From the NCBI GenBank assembly GCA_002245135.1, contig NGBS01000012.1:1-64000 (forward strand): a DNA stretch of 64,000 nt. Direction: 5' to 3'. The first letter of the stretch is position 1. Each line of letters starts with the position of its first letter. The DNA is from Proteromonas lacertae. Taxonomy: Eukaryota. A model generated the notes under the pieces. It was not told where the DNA came from, did no database searches, and saw only the letters and a program-made list of their open reading frames with translations. Of the stretch, positions 24,597-40,000 are shown in pieces. Both the position numbers and the translations under genes were made by a program.

Positions 24597-27500
24597 ATGT
24601 CTGCAGGAGAAGCATTAGAAAGTATAAATGAATTAGATTCAACACGTGAAAGTCAGATAATTGCTGCAGTACCAGTTTATAAAAACACGATGCAGCAAAT
24701 AACCCAACTCTATTGTTGCAGAGAGAAGGAAACCATTCAAAAATGTATATTTGATGTATGTTATTTAATTACGATAGTTGTTACTAATACTTCAGATGGT
24801 AATCTATTAATAGCATCTGCTACATCACTGACAGTATTTTCAATTAAAAGAGAATTAGCATATCGAACATTTGAGTCACAAAAATGTCTAGCCTTATATT
24901 ATGTTGATATAAGTAATATGTATTTAGAGAATTTTATAATATTAATAATAATAGGTATATAATGATATGTCAAAAAGACAAAGAACCAAATAAAACAATA
25001 ATAATACTGTATAATGCAAAACTACATAAGTTATCTGAATTAGTTTTAAATGTCAAAATAGATTGGTGTGATTTTTACAGTAGTGGATTAATATTAATAT
25101 TAGCATGCTCAACAAATGTCTGGGCATATAAATTATGTATAGCTCCCAATCAAAATCCACCAATTTCAATACAGTTATACTCAGAATTCCCGAAGAAAGG
25201 AAAAGTGAATAATTTCTATATAACTCAATATTCTGGTTTATTATTAATACGAATGGATCAGATTTTTTATCTATTTGATTTAAATCAAGAGAATCATAAT
25301 CAATATGCGTTTGTACAGAAATATACTGGTGTAAGTGAAGATAATATCAGTCAATTCATTTTTGATTCAGTTCAGTATTTAATAATTATTTATTTTTATT
25401 ATTATTATTTATTAAAATAGTCATATTTTATGTTTAGTATTAGATAATGGAATTATTTCAATTTATTATGCACCAAGTAATTCAATGAAAGTTCATCATT
25501 TATTCAGTATGGAAGGACACAATCCATCAATTTTGAAGATATTTTTTACAGATCAACCATATGAGTTATTGACAATAGGTAATGATGGATATATTAGACA
25601 TTGGTCTTTAGTGAAGAAAAGAATGTTAAGTGAAATGAAAATATCACATTATGAATCAAATAAGAAATACACTCCATTTTGTATTCTTCAAAATGATAGT
25701 GTAAAAAGGCAAAACGTGATTTTAGTTTCAACTGCTAATTATATTAATTTTTATGGTTTATTTTGTGCTACTTTTTTATTTAAAAGTATCTTGGAGCGAT
25801 CAGGTGTTGCTAGTGTATGTGATGTTCATCATAATTATGATATTGATAATACAAAGATTATAATTAATACTCAACAAAATAAAATGATTGTATATTTATT
25901 TTTATTATTATATAGTTACTTTCAACGGAAGATAGTAATACAATTAACATGAATAATTTCAATGAAACAATAACAGCAATGTATTATAGTGAAACGATGA
26001 ATAGAACGATAGTTGGTAATTCAAATGGGAACTACCAATATATATGATGAAAGATTCAGATGTGAATTGACTCTCTTTGATAAAATGAATAAGAATAATG
26101 TCACATATATCACTGTGTTAAATTTTCCAGATTATAATTGCAATAGCAATGTTTGGACAACTTGTGTAGGTACAGCTGATGGTAATTTTTATGTTTATAA
26201 TATAACTCAACAAGGTAATAGAAATACATCATATCAATTAGCCTATAAACAAAAAGCTCATTCTAATGATATAATATTAATTCATCCAGTACAAATTGAA
26301 GAAGATAAATTCTTAATAACTGTATCAAGAGATGGAGTTATTAAGTCATGGACTTATCCTAATTTCAAGATGCAAAATTGTATTTTTATTAAACAAAACA
26401 ATGAAGTAATAACAAAAGGCGGTGGTGGTGATGTAACATCTGCATTATATATTCATAATTATATCATTGTTGGTTTAGACTGTGGAATAATAGAAAGTTG
26501 GTATAATCCATTACAGGATGATATTTTAGATGATGATATATCATTTACATTCAGAGAAGCGCATAAAAAGAAAATATTATCGTTACATGCTTATAATCAA
26601 GCCGAGCCTCCATTTGAAGATGATCGATATTCGATGTATAGTGCTGATAGTCGACCACAATCAAGGAAGAATAAATATCAAGAAATGAGACCAGAAAATC
26701 CAAATGAATTCTTTTCATTAAGTAAAGATAACAGTATAATTCACTGGAGTGGTGCTGATTTAATACCATTAAGATTATTCTCAATAGAAGCTGAGATAGT
26801 TGATATTTATTCACAAAATAAGAATCTTATTTTATTAATCTATCCAGATCATATTAGACAGTTATATATTGATTATAATATCGATTTACCTGATTTCCGA
26901 TATGGTGATGATGAAGGAGTAATATCATTAGATGATGCTGGAAAAGGAAGAAATAAAATGAGAAGGCATCATCGACATGGAAAAGATGAAAATTTAGAAG
27001 CATTTGTCCCACCCAAACCTGATCCGTATGCACAATATCGATATTTATTTACACCAGCACAACATGCATTGTTTCAAAGTGGATTTTTCCAATTGTCACA
27101 AACAGGTTATATAAGAGATAATGTTTTTGTTGATTTATTATATAAAGTGTATAATTTAGAACATCCAGAACCAAGATTGTCAATGAATGTAATTTCAGAT
27201 GCAGTATTTCAAGCTGATTATCATACAAGAGCTATGTTTAATACATTTCAAGGCTATGAATCTGTGAAGTTTATTTATACATATTTACAGGAACATCCTG
27301 AAGTAGAAATACCATCAGTTCCTCCTCTAAATATTAAAGGAGTTGATAATGATAATAGTAAGAAAAAAGGAATAGTAAAATCACCCAGAAGAAGTATAAC
27401 TGATGGTAGAAAAAGTACATCAAGAAGCAGTGCGACAGAAGGTTTAGAAGATGCTACATTAGAAGTAAATCAATCTGGAAGAATAGAATTGGATAGGATT

Positions 27501-30500
27501 AGTGAAAAATCAACTCCATGTACAAGGCCAACTACTACAAATTCATCAAAAAGAAAAAATGCTCAATCTCCATTATCGATTGTATCACAACCTCCAGTTC
27601 AAAAGAGAAAGAAAATAATGTATGATGCAGCTGGTGAAAGAATAGTGGTTGATGTTGAAATACATTTGTCCGATGATACAATTAGTAGACCAATTACAGA
27701 GAATGTAGAAAAAAGAATAGATAACCAATTAGAATTTGTTGATCCAGAAGGCCATTTTGAGATTAGAATACCCTATTCATTTTTACCATTGTGGCATACT
27801 GATGAATCAGGTGAATTGCCATTAATTGGAGCCAAAACACCATTGTCATTAGATTTAACAATAAATACAATAGAAGAAATATGGAAAAGAAAAGATATCA
27901 GTGATAATATTTCTTCTTTATCATATAATGTTCCTGTTCAGTTATCTCATATTAGTTATCAATACTTTATTAATCAGTATGGTGATTGGTCACTTAACAC
28001 AAAACAAATTATTACAATTCTTATACAGTGTTATTATCTATAAATCAATACCTGAATGTCATTCTTATGGTTTATTATTAGGTTTATATACAAATGAAGG
28101 TGAAGTAAGATATGATGCTTGTAGTGTATTTTGTAGTGTAAGAAGATATTTAAATACAAGAGTGTTATATGGTAGTAATATTGATCGAAGTAGACATCCT
28201 GGACATGGATATTTACTACCACTTAGTATTGTAACTGTATATATATATAATATTTATATTATTATTTCGAATAGGATGTATTAGAAAATACTTTAAGTCA
28301 ACTATTATCAAGTGAAGCAATCTCATCACTTCAACAGAATGTGAAAGCATTAGCATTTCATCATGAGTATAAATATATTAATATCAACTTATATGCTTAT
28401 TATAATTATATATATATATAGAAAAGGAGATTGTGTTTATGTTGAAGAAGTTTTATTACATTTAATTGTATTGTGGAATAACAGTCGATCATGATGATGA
28501 TTTTAATAATACAAATATCTCATTGAAATCTTCACTTTCGTTAAAACCAATAGCAGTGAAAAGAGAAGTAAATGATAATTTAATGCATTTGTTAAGAGAA
28601 CAAATATTATTTAATCTTGATAAGCAGTTTAGATATTATGATAAAGGACAGACAGGATTTATTCCAACCACAAAATTTAGAGAGATTTTGAGTAAAACAA
28701 AAGCAATTTTGTGGGGTAAAAACTATCCACAATTAAATGAAATAAGAAAGATTGAAGAAGCTTATTCTTCTGTAGAAAATGAAAGATTTGATGATTTGCA
28801 ATTTTCCAGTGAAGAATTAGATAATCCAGAGAATGGAATGGTTAATTATGGAAGTTTTATTAATCGATTATATGAATTTACGGATAGAATTCCTGATTTT
28901 ATTGATGTAGTAAATGATACAGATTGTTCAATATTAGATGATCCAATATTTGCATTGAAATTCAAAATTGAAGACAACAATCCTTTTATTGATCTTTCTA
29001 AGACAATTCCTGTTGATGAAAATGTAAATAAAAAAGTTGAAGATACTTTGGTGATTTCAAAATCAAATTTATTACCCAAAACTGATGCAAATATTACTAC
29101 CAATATTGATGCTAATTTAAGTAGAGCTAATCCTCATGTAAATGGTAAATGGGTTTGGGGAACTTTTAAGAATGGAAAACATAAAGTGTTGAGATTAATA
29201 GAAGAAGAAATAGCAATAAAATCACCTCTACAATCACCAAGACGATTACCATCATTCTCAAAGAAAAGAAGGAGATCTTCATTCTTAAGAGAGTATATAT
29301 ATAATTATTAATCTATAAATTATTATTGTTTATAGATCTACAATCACATTATCACCAACAAAACAAGGTGAACAACAAAGATTTGTCACTTCACCAATTG
29401 AAGACCTTGGTTCAATTACATATATGACAACTACACCTCCAATACCAAGATCAAGAGGTCATTCTGAATCAAGAGGATCATCGACAGAAAATGAAAAGAG
29501 ATATTCAATGGTTTCTATTCCTGAAGTGAATAATGATGTTTCAAGATTATCAGTCTCAGAACCTGTAAGAGTATCTGTAATAACAGAAGAACATAGTCGA
29601 GAAACAACACCACAACAATATCAGCAAGAACTACAACAAGAGGAAATAGAACAGCAACTACAGCAAGAACAAGGAGAAGAAGGTTATATTCGTCCTAATT
29701 CTAAAGTTAGTAATAACAGTCATATTTCAATTGAAGTAGCATCAATGCCAATTCATAAGAATACAATCTTTGCCAATACAGAGACTGAATATTATGATGA
29801 ATTATGGAATTGGGAAGTTCCAGATGTAAAAACATCACCAAAACCAAAGAAAACAAAGAAGAAGAAGAAGATTTATAATGAAGTGAAGAAAGATGATAAA
29901 TGGAGACCTCCAAGACCAGCTATTAATACAATCCCTGAAATTACAATGGAAATGTTATCAGTAGTTTCTGGATTAAAAGCTGATGGATTTAATGATCCAG
30001 AAGCTGATAAGAATAGATATAACAAATTCAATGAGCCAACGAAGAAATATCAATATTACACAAAGCCAAAAACGTATTGTTATTATATTAATAGTTTTAT
30101 TTTTCAATAGACCAGAATTGCAAGTAATTGAAGAAGAAAAAAAGCCGAAACATTCAGGAGGAGGAGGTATGTTATCATATCCACTAAATCAAAAAACAAA
30201 TGTAAAAGGATTAGGTCATTTACCAGTAAGAACAGATATGCCTTCAGTAGTAATGCAAGCAATACAAAGTGCCAAAAATACTCCAAAACATCTAAAGCAA
30301 AGACCAGAATCGCCAGAATTACAAAAACAAGGTAGTTTATCAAGAGGTACAACTCCAAATGTAGGTAAAAGAGATAGTAAAATGATAATGAGACCTGAAT
30401 TAGAACATTTGAGATTTTCACAAGTATATATATATATATTTATATATTCTTTTTATTATCATTATTATAGATTGGAAATAATAGAAATAGTCCAACAGCA

Positions 30501-31529
30501 AGATCAAATGTTAATACACAAAGAGCACAATCACCACCACAAAGAGGACAAACACCAGGAACACCAGCAACTCCAGGAACTCCAATGACAAAAAGAAAAT
30601 CACAATCAATGGCAAGTTATTATAGAACCAAACCAATACAACACAAAGAGAATGACTTATGTATTGAAGGTGAAGGTATTGAAGATACAAGACCAAAGAA
30701 TGATTTAGAGATGCTTGAAGAAATGGAGAGAATATTAAGAGAAGAAGAAGAAAAGAAGAGATTAGCCAAAATGAAACAGCAGGAAGAAATAAAGAAGAGA
30801 ATGGAAGATAGAAAGAAGAAGAAGGTTGTTAAAAAGAAGCCAAAGCCACAACCAAAACCAAAAACTCCATCTCCGGTTGTATCACCAGTTAAATCACCAG
30901 AACCTGAGCCAGTGGAAGAAGAAGAAGAGGAAGTTGTTGCTTATGAACCTGAGCCAGAACCTGAACCAGAAGTTGAGTTTGTTCCAGAACCAATTCCAGA
31001 GCAAGAGCCAGTTCCTGAAGAGCCAGAAGAGACTGAAAATGAGCCAAAAGAACCTGTAGAAGAGAAAGAAGAAGTAAAAGAAGGTAAATCAATAGAAGAT
31101 ATAATGAATATGGATGGATTTGATTTAGATGAATGGAAAGTGGAAGAAGATCCAACAGTAAAGAATTTGATGTTTGGAGATAATATTGATGTATATATTA
31201 TTTATTTTATATTTATATATTTATGTTTTAGATGAATCCAATTGATTTATTGCCAAAGACAGATTCATTACCACAATGGTGTCCTGAAGATAACAAAGAT
31301 CCATTAATACCAAAAGAATCCATAGTCAGAACACCAGCAATCAATGAAAAAATAGCCATAATGGAATATCATAAAATGTTCCAAAGACAGAAGACAATGA
31401 AACCAATAAAAATAAATGTAAGATATGAATATCCTTGGAAGAAATACTTTCAAGGTTATGAAAGAGAAATGGGTTTGCTGGGAAGAAGTAGAGATGAAAA
31501 TGATGATGATAACTTTGATTTAGTATATA

Positions 31530-31590
<61 letters not shown>

Positions 31591-32535
31591 TATTATATTT
31601 AGACATTACCTAAAAGAAAAGCATCTCCAAGAGATTCACCAAAACAACATGAAGGTAGTTTAATGAGAAATGATAGAAATAGAGTAAAAGAACTATTAGC
31701 TGACAAAACCAATCCATATAACTTTCAGAAATTGTTATTTGGTATTACAGTTGATAGAGAAATTGAACCATCTGAATGGCATTATTATTATGCTGATGTA
31801 TTACCTGATGATGTATTTATTGAGTTTAAAATCTCTGCTGAAAGAGGTGAAATTGATTTATTTGTTAGTAATGATACTGTACCGACAACTAATGATTTTT
31901 ATTGGCATTGTGAATCATTAGGTGATCCTCATATACTCATACCTCCAAGTGATCCTCATTTTAAATGTGGTAATTATCTAGTTGGTGTTTTTTGTCATTC
32001 TAAAGCTGCTAAATATTCGATTAGTGTGAATAGATTCTGTTTTACTGAAGCAGCTCATACTAAAGCCTTAGATGTATAATTTATAAATATATTATTCTTT
32101 TAATAGAATGTGGAGAAGTGTATTATCAGATTTAATATGTTGGGATGTAGAGATTTAGATCTAGATAGGAAACTAGCCAAATTAGAGGAATTAGCTAGAA
32201 GAAAAGAAATAGAGAATGACAAGCCAGAAATATATGATAAACTGCTAAGAGATTGTGATCAAAGAATAACTCAATTGGAGAATTATGTAAAAGGTAAAAA
32301 TAACTCAATGATTGATTCAAACATCGAAGAGATAAAGGAACAGATTGATGAATGGCAAGATGTGACTATAGGAATAAATCAAGATGTCGAAGGTGTAAAA
32401 CTACCTCCAATTCAGTCAATGCCAAATCTCACTATGAGTAAAGTAAAAATACCAAATTTCAAACCTGTTAAATATAGTTTACCAAATTTACCAGAACATG
32501 GTATGAAACATTCAAAAACAACAGGATCTATTTAA
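24597..32535 (+). CDS. Very large multi-exon protein (roughly 2,400 aa): N-terminal WD40 repeats, central helical and EF-hand-like region, Pro/Glu-rich coil, C-terminal beta-sandwich-like segment and coiled coil
   Basis: The listed ORFs join through short GT..AG introns (e.g. 24920-24954, 25890-25915, 29293-29335, 30074-30110, 30424-30470, 31191-31231, 31523-31602, 32074-32106). WD signatures TIGNDGYIRHW and VSRDGVIKSW; EF-like loop DKGQTGFIPTTKF. Needs three +1 corrections. Confidence 0.68.
31531..31594 (+). repeat. Intronic (ATT)n microsatellite, about 21 copies
   Basis: Perfect triplet run inside intron 31523-31602; it is the source of the false poly-Leu in the ORF track. Confidence 0.95.
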
Positions 32536-32718
32536 ATAATTTACTTGTTTTCTTTTTTTGTTGTGATAAACTTTGATGAATAACTTTCTATGAACTTTCT
32601 TGACAATTATTAATGTCTTTTATCTGAAATATTCCTCGAATGACGATTCATATTTTTTGTGTAACGGACGAAAAGAATAATTATTCAAAAATAATCTTTA
32701 AGATTATTGAATAAAGTC

Positions 32719-35700
32719 ATGTCGTCAGATCTTAGTATATAACACACAGAATACTAATATATAGGGTCAACGATTGGTAGAATCAGTAGAAGTTCAAGGC
32801 AATCAAGAACTTCATTTGGAGATTATGCAGGCCAGATGAAAATGGCTACTGATAAAGCCATCTATATTCGTAAAAGTCAAGCCGGATTACAGCCTGTAAA
32901 ACCAGAAGAGATAAGATCAGCAAAATCAACAACTGATGCTAGTAAAAGAAAAAAGAAGGATGTAAAGAAAGACAACACTGAAGATCTTAAGAAGGAATTG
33001 GATATGACAGAACATCTAGAAGATATCCAAACTTTATTGGATAATTACCACTCAAATGCTGAAACAGTATATTTAACCTAATCTCTGATATAATAGGGTA
33101 TGACAGAAAGTGATTATGAAACAGCCAAGGAAAGATATGGCTTAAACAAGATGAAACCACCTCCAACCACTCCAGAGTGGTTAAAATTCATCAAGGAAAT
33201 CACCAAAGGATTCTCATTATTATTATGGGCTGGTGGTATCCTTAGTTTCATTTCTTATGCATTACAAGGAAATAGTTCTGATTTATACTTAGGTATTGTT
33301 TTATGTTGTGTAGTTTTATTAACTGGTGTGTTTCTCATACTGGCAAGATAGAAAATCAGGTGCTTTGATGGATAGTTTCAAGCAATTAATGGCTGATACT
33401 TGTACAGTTATAAGAGGTGGTAAAACCTTTGTAGCAGCAGCAGAATCATTAGTTCCTGGTGATATTATATTAATGAAAGGTGGTGAAAAAGTACCTGCTG
33501 ATGTAAGAATAATTGAATGTAGTGATGATATGCAAGTTGATAATGCTTGTTTAACTGGTGAATCTGAACCATGTAAAAGATCACCCGAATCAAAACATGA
33601 GAATCCTCTTGAAGCTGATAATTTAGCATTCTTTGGAACACAAATTCCAAAAGGTAGAGCAACTGGAGTAGTGATAAAGACAGGTGATAATACAGTAATG
33701 GGAAGAATAGCCAAATTAGCAGTAGCAACAGAAACTGAAGAAACACCAATCTCCAGAGAATTAGGTCATTTTATTAAAATGATTAGTTGTATAGCTCTTA
33801 TACTAGGAATTGCAATATTTATTATTGGATTTATCATTGGTACTCAATGGCTTCAAAATTTTGTATTTATGATTGGTATTATTGTTGCTAATGTTCCTGA
33901 AGGATTATTAGCAACAGTTACTGTTGCACTGACATTAACTGCTAATAGAATGTACTTAGAGAATGTATTGGTGAAGAATTTAGAAGGTGTAGAAACATTA
34001 GGATCAACTACGTGTATTTGTAGTGATAAAACTGGAACATTAACTCAAAACATAATGACAGTGACAAATGTTATGTATAACTGTGAAATTAAGAATTGTG
34101 AATGTTCATTATATGATGCTAAATTATTTGATGTTGACAAGAACAATAATTGTTTTAAGAAGTTAATGAGATGTGCTTGTATATGTAATAAAGCTAAATG
34201 GGATGAAAATAGTAAAGTTGAATGTGATCAAGATGGAAAACCAATATTAAAAGATGGTAAAGAAATACCAATTCCATTCATGAAGCAAGTGAGAGTTGGT
34301 AATATCGTAGATCATGTAGTACAATGGAAACCAATAGGAGATGCTAGTGAAAATGCATTGATTAAATATGTTCAAGGATTTTCTGGTATAACTGATGATA
34401 TTGATACATTTAGAAAAGATTTCCCTATTATTAAAGAAATTCCATTCAATTCAACTAATAAATATCAAGTAGCAATAACAAAACAAACCGGCAAGCCAAA
34501 TCATTTAATAACAATGAAAGGAGCTCCTGAAAGAATCTTAGGTCGATGTAATAAATATTATGACAATGATGGAAATCTTCAAGATTTAACAAAAGAAGTT
34601 TTACACAAGATTGAAGAAAACCAAATCGAATTGAGTAAGCGAGGATTAAGAGTATTAGGATTTGCTGAATTAGAATTAGATGCCAATGAATATCCTGAAG
34701 ATTATCCATACAAATCTGATAGACCAAACTTCCCATTAGGTGAATGTTGGAAAGAAGGAGAAGAACCAAATTCACAACAATTTGATCCACAACATGTTAG
34801 AAAACCATTAAACTTCATAGGAATGACTGCTATGATTGATCCTCCAAGACCACAAGTGCCTGGAGCTGTTATGAAATGTCAGACTGCTGGAATTAGAGTA
34901 ATAATGGTAACTGGTGATCATCCTATTACTGCTAAAGCTATTGCAAAGAAAGTTGGAATAATTTGGAGTGAAACTGAAGATGAATTAGTAGAAATCAATA
35001 AGAAGAATGGATTTTATGATGAAAAGAATCCGAAAGAAAGAACTGCTGAAAATGGTTATAGAGAACCTGCCTTAGCTGATGCAATCGTAGTTCCTGGAAA
35101 TGAATTTGGAGTTGATACACCTGATGAAGTATGGGATGATATTTTGAGTCATTCTCAAGTTGTATTTGCTCGAACAAGTCCTCAACAGAAGTTATTGATA
35201 GTAGAAAACTGTCAAAAACGAGAAGAAATTGTAGCTGTAACTGGTGATGGAGTAAATGATGCTCCAGCGTTAAGAAAAGCTGATATAGGAATTGCGATGG
35301 GTATAATGGGAAGTGCCGTAAGTAAAGATGCTGCTGATATGATTCTGTTAGATGATAATTTCGCTTCGATTGTTCAAGGAGTAGAAGAAGGTAGAATGAT
35401 ATTTGACAATTTGAAAAAACCAATTATATATACACTATCATCAAACATACCAGAATTAATACCATTTGTATCATTCATAGTCTTAGGATTACCATTACCA
35501 TTAGATACAATAACGATATTATGTATTGATTTAGGTACAGATATGGTTCCAGCAATTGCTTTTGCTTGGGAAAAGGCAGAAAGTGATATAATGAAAAGAC
35601 CACCAAGATATGCCAAAGAAGATCGATTAGTTACAGGTAAATTGTTAATGTTCGGTTATCTACAAATGGGTGTGTTTCAAACATGTGCTGCAATGTTAAC

Positions 35701-36862
35701 ATATTTCTATGTAATGAGTGATTATGGTTATCCTGCTGATATATTACCAAGATCTGGTGCTAGTTATAACTGGGGATATCAGACAATGTATTGTTCATTC
35801 CATAATGGTGTATTTAAGAATATTAATGGTGAAGAATATCCTAAAATGAATCAGATTAAGTTTGATCAAGGTAGTGCAACTGTTGAAGCAATTCATCAAG
35901 CTTTTAATGATGGATATTGGTTCTATGATGCTGACAATTATAGAGGAAGTATTGAAAAGTGTTTATATGCTGCTAGGAACTTTGATAGTAGTAGCACTAA
36001 ACCAGAAGGCTATGAAAGATTCTATAATGTTAGTAATTTTGGTAATGGTGAAAAAACAATCTCAGATATGTCAATCCAAGCATTATACAACCGTGGAATG
36101 GTTGAATATATTCCTTATAAATCCGTACAATCTGTATTTTGGGATAATCGATGGTTATCTTGGGATGTTGAAAAAGATGGTGCAAAAGTTTTGGGTAAAG
36201 TCGAAAATGCCCCAGGTGATACAATATTCTATTTATATCAACCATATGGTGTGTACCAGATATTATCTAAAGATCAGAATGGTGAAAATGCTGTTTTAAT
36301 GAAAGATAACTATGAAGGTATTACTTTCAACGGATTAGCTGTAAATGAGAAGAAATGTTTCACCAATGCAACATTAGTTACTGGAGATCCTTCTATTGCT
36401 GATAATATTTATCAATTCCCTTACAATACTGTTCGTAAGAATGGTAAATTCTATATAAATGTCGCTTCTCGTATGTGTCAAGCTGAGGTTTTATCGCATG
36501 CACAATGTGCTTACTTCGTTTCGGTTGTCGTTGTTCAATGGAGTAATGCTTTATCAATTAGAACTAGAATAAACAGTATGTATCAACAAGGAATGAATAA
36601 TTCTGTCTTAATCTTCGGTTTTATCTTTGAAACATGGTTAGCTATGATGTTGTGTTATGTTCCACCATTTTGTACTGCTTTTGGTACAAGACCTTTGAGA
36701 ATTACTCACTGGTGTTGCGCTATGGTATGGATGATGTTCATGATCGTTTATGATGAAGTGAGAAAATATTTGATGAGAAGATTTAGCCATGTTTATGAAG
36801 ATAAACAAACTCACCAAATATTTAGAGAGCCATGTTGGTTAGAAAGAAATACCTTCTGGTAA
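32719..36862 (+). CDS. P2C Na+/K+-type P-ATPase alpha subunit, copy 1
   Basis: LTGESE, IIVANVPEGLL, CSDKTGTLT, MKGAPE, MVTGDHP, TGDGVND, ILCIDLGTD. Introns about 32735-32764 and 33067-33096; +1 frameshift near 33331. Confidence 0.95.
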
Positions 36863-37045
36863 ATGTATTAAATATCTGTTAAGCATTACTTTCTGATTGT
36901 CACTTGTTTGTTTATGAATATTTTTAAAAAAATACAAATACTATTTTAAGCCTCAGATGTAAGATCTGGTTGGTTGTTATAAAATTGCTTTTTTAGAAAA
37001 GGTATTGTTATTATTAATTATAATTCTCATAGAAACGAAATAATA

Positions 37046-40000
37046 ATGCAACTTGGAAGAGAGTCAAGAAATTCAAGGACTAGTAGAACCTCTTTAACAG
37101 TTAGTTATGCTGGTCAGGTGAAAAGTAGCCAAGATGAAGCAGTTGAGTTTAGAAGAAGTCTGCATAATGCAAACAACATGATAGTATCACAAAATGAAAT
37201 TAAACATCCAGAGGTTAAAAAAGGTAAGAAGGCCAATAAATCCAAAAAAGATACAACTGCTGATTTGAAAAAGGAATTAGTGATGCATGAGCATATGGAA
37301 GACTTAACCAATTTATTGGATAGATTAAAAACAAATGTAGAGACAGGAATGGAACAACCTGCATATGAAGATGCTATAAAAAGATATGGACCAAATAAAA
37401 TGACTCCACCACCAACAACACCTGAATGGGTGAAATTCTTAAAAGAAATTACCACTGGTTTTTCATTATTGTTATGGGCAGGTGGTATTCTTTGTTTTAT
37501 TTCATTTGGAATTCAAAGAGGAATGAGTGATGTATATTTATATAAATATATATCATTAATTTATATTTCACTAGTTATACTTAGGTATTGTATTATGTGC
37601 AGTTGTATTAATTAGTGGTACATTTTCTTATTGTCAAGAAAGACAATCCAGTCAGTTGATGGATAGTTTCAAGCAATTAATGGCTGATCAAGCTACAGTC
37701 ATTAGAGGAGGTAAAACTATTACAGCTCCAGCAGAATCATTAGTTCCTGGTGATATTATATTAATGAAAGGTGGTGAAAAAGTGCCAGCGGATATTAGAA
37801 TAATTGAATGTAGTGATGATATGCAAGTTGATAATGCTTGTTTAACTGGTGAATCTGAACCATGTAAAAGATCAACTGATTTTCATAATGAAAACCCATT
37901 AGAAGCTGATAATTTAGCATTCTTTGGAACACAAATTCCAAAAGGTAGAGCAACTGGTGTTGTTGTTAAAACTGGTGATAATACAGTAATGGGAAGAATA
38001 GCCAAATTAGCAGTAGCAACAGAAACTGAAGAAACACCAATCTCCAGAGAATTATCTCACTTTATTATCATAATATCAAGTGTAGCTGTTGCATTTGGTG
38101 TTGTTTTCTTCATCATTGGTGTTATTATTGGAACTCCAGTTATTCAATCTTTAGTGTTTATGATTGGTATTATTGTTGCTAATGTTCCTGAAGGATTGTT
38201 GGTTACTGTGACAGTATGTTTGACATTAACTGCTAATAGAATGTACTTAGAGAATGTATTGGTGAAGAATTTAGAAGGTGTAGAAACATTAGGATCAACT
38301 ACGTGTATTTGTAGTGATAAAACTGGAACATTAACTCAGAATATGATGACAGTAGCAAACTTGATGTTTGATTCAAAGATATTTGATTGTGAATGTTCAT
38401 TATATGATAAAAGTGATGTTACAATGGATAGTCCATGTTTTAAGAAATTAATGAGATGTGCTTGTATATGTAATAAAGCTAAATGGGATGAAAATAGTAA
38501 AGTTGCTAAAGATAAAGAAGGTAAAGAAACTCCAGTTCCATTTCTTAAAGAAGTTCATTTAGGACAAGTTGTTGAAAAAAAAGTACAGTGGAAACCAATA
38601 GGAGATGCTAGTGAAAATGCATTGATTAAATATGTTCAAGGATTTTCTGGTATAACTGATGATATTGATACATTCAGAAAAGATTTCCCTATTATTAAAG
38701 AAATTCCATTCAATTCAACTAATAAATATCAAGTAGCAATAACAAAACAAACCGGCAAGCCAAATCATTTAATAACAATGAAAGGAGCTCCTGAAAGAAT
38801 CTTAGGTCGATGTAATAAATATTATGACAATGATGGAAATCTTCAAGATTTAACAAAAGAAGTTTTACACAAGATTGAAGAAAACCAAATCGAATTGAGT
38901 AAGCGAGGATTAAGAGTATTAGGATTTGCTGAATTAGAATTACCAGCAACAAAAGAAGAAGCTGAAGCAATGAATTTAAAACACGAATATCAAGAAGATT
39001 ATCCTTATGACACTTCTGCTCCAAATTTCCCATTAGGTGAAAAAGACAAGCCTCAAACATTTAAAGAAGAATCTGAATGTCCATTAAACTTTATAGGAAT
39101 GACTGCTATGATTGATCCTCCAAGACCACAAGTGCCTGGAGCTGTACAAAAGTGTAAAACTGCTGGAATTAGAGTAATAATGGTAACTGGTGATCATCCT
39201 ATTACTGCTAAAGCTATTGCAAAGAAAGTTGGAATAATTTGGAGTGAAACTGAAGATGAATTAGTAGAAATCAATAAGAAGAATGGATTTTATGATGAAA
39301 AGAATCCGAAAGAAAGAACTGCTGAAAATGGTTATAGAGAACCTGCCTTAGCTGATGCAATCGTAGTTCCTGGAAATGAATTTGGAGTTGATACACCTGA
39401 TGAAGTATGGGATGATATTTTGAGTCATTCTCAAGTTGTATTTGCTCGAACAAGTCCTCAACAGAAGTTATTGATAGTAGAAAACTGTCAAAAACGAGAA
39501 GAAATTGTAGCTGTAACTGGTGATGGAGTAAATGATGCTCCAGCGTTAAGAAAAGCTGATATAGGAATTGCGATGGGTATAATGGGAAGTGCCGTAAGTA
39601 AAGATGCTGCTGATATGATTCTGTTAGATGATAATTTCGCTTCGATTGTTCAAGGAGTAGAAGAAGGTAGATTGATCTTCGATAACTTAAAGAAATCTAT
39701 TGTTTATACTTTAACTTCCAATATTCCAGAGTTAGGTCCTTTCTTATGTTATATTACTATTGGTATTCCATTACCACTAGATACAATAACAATATTATGT
39801 ATTGATTTAGGTACAGATATGGTTCCAGCAATTGCTTTTGCTTGGGAAGAAGCAGAAAGTGATATAATGAAAAGACCACCAAGATATGCCAAAGAAGATC
39901 GATTAGTGACTAAGAAATTGATATTTATGGGTTATTGTGAGATTGGTGTATATCAATGTGTTTGTGCATTATTGACATATATTATTGTTATGGATGATTA

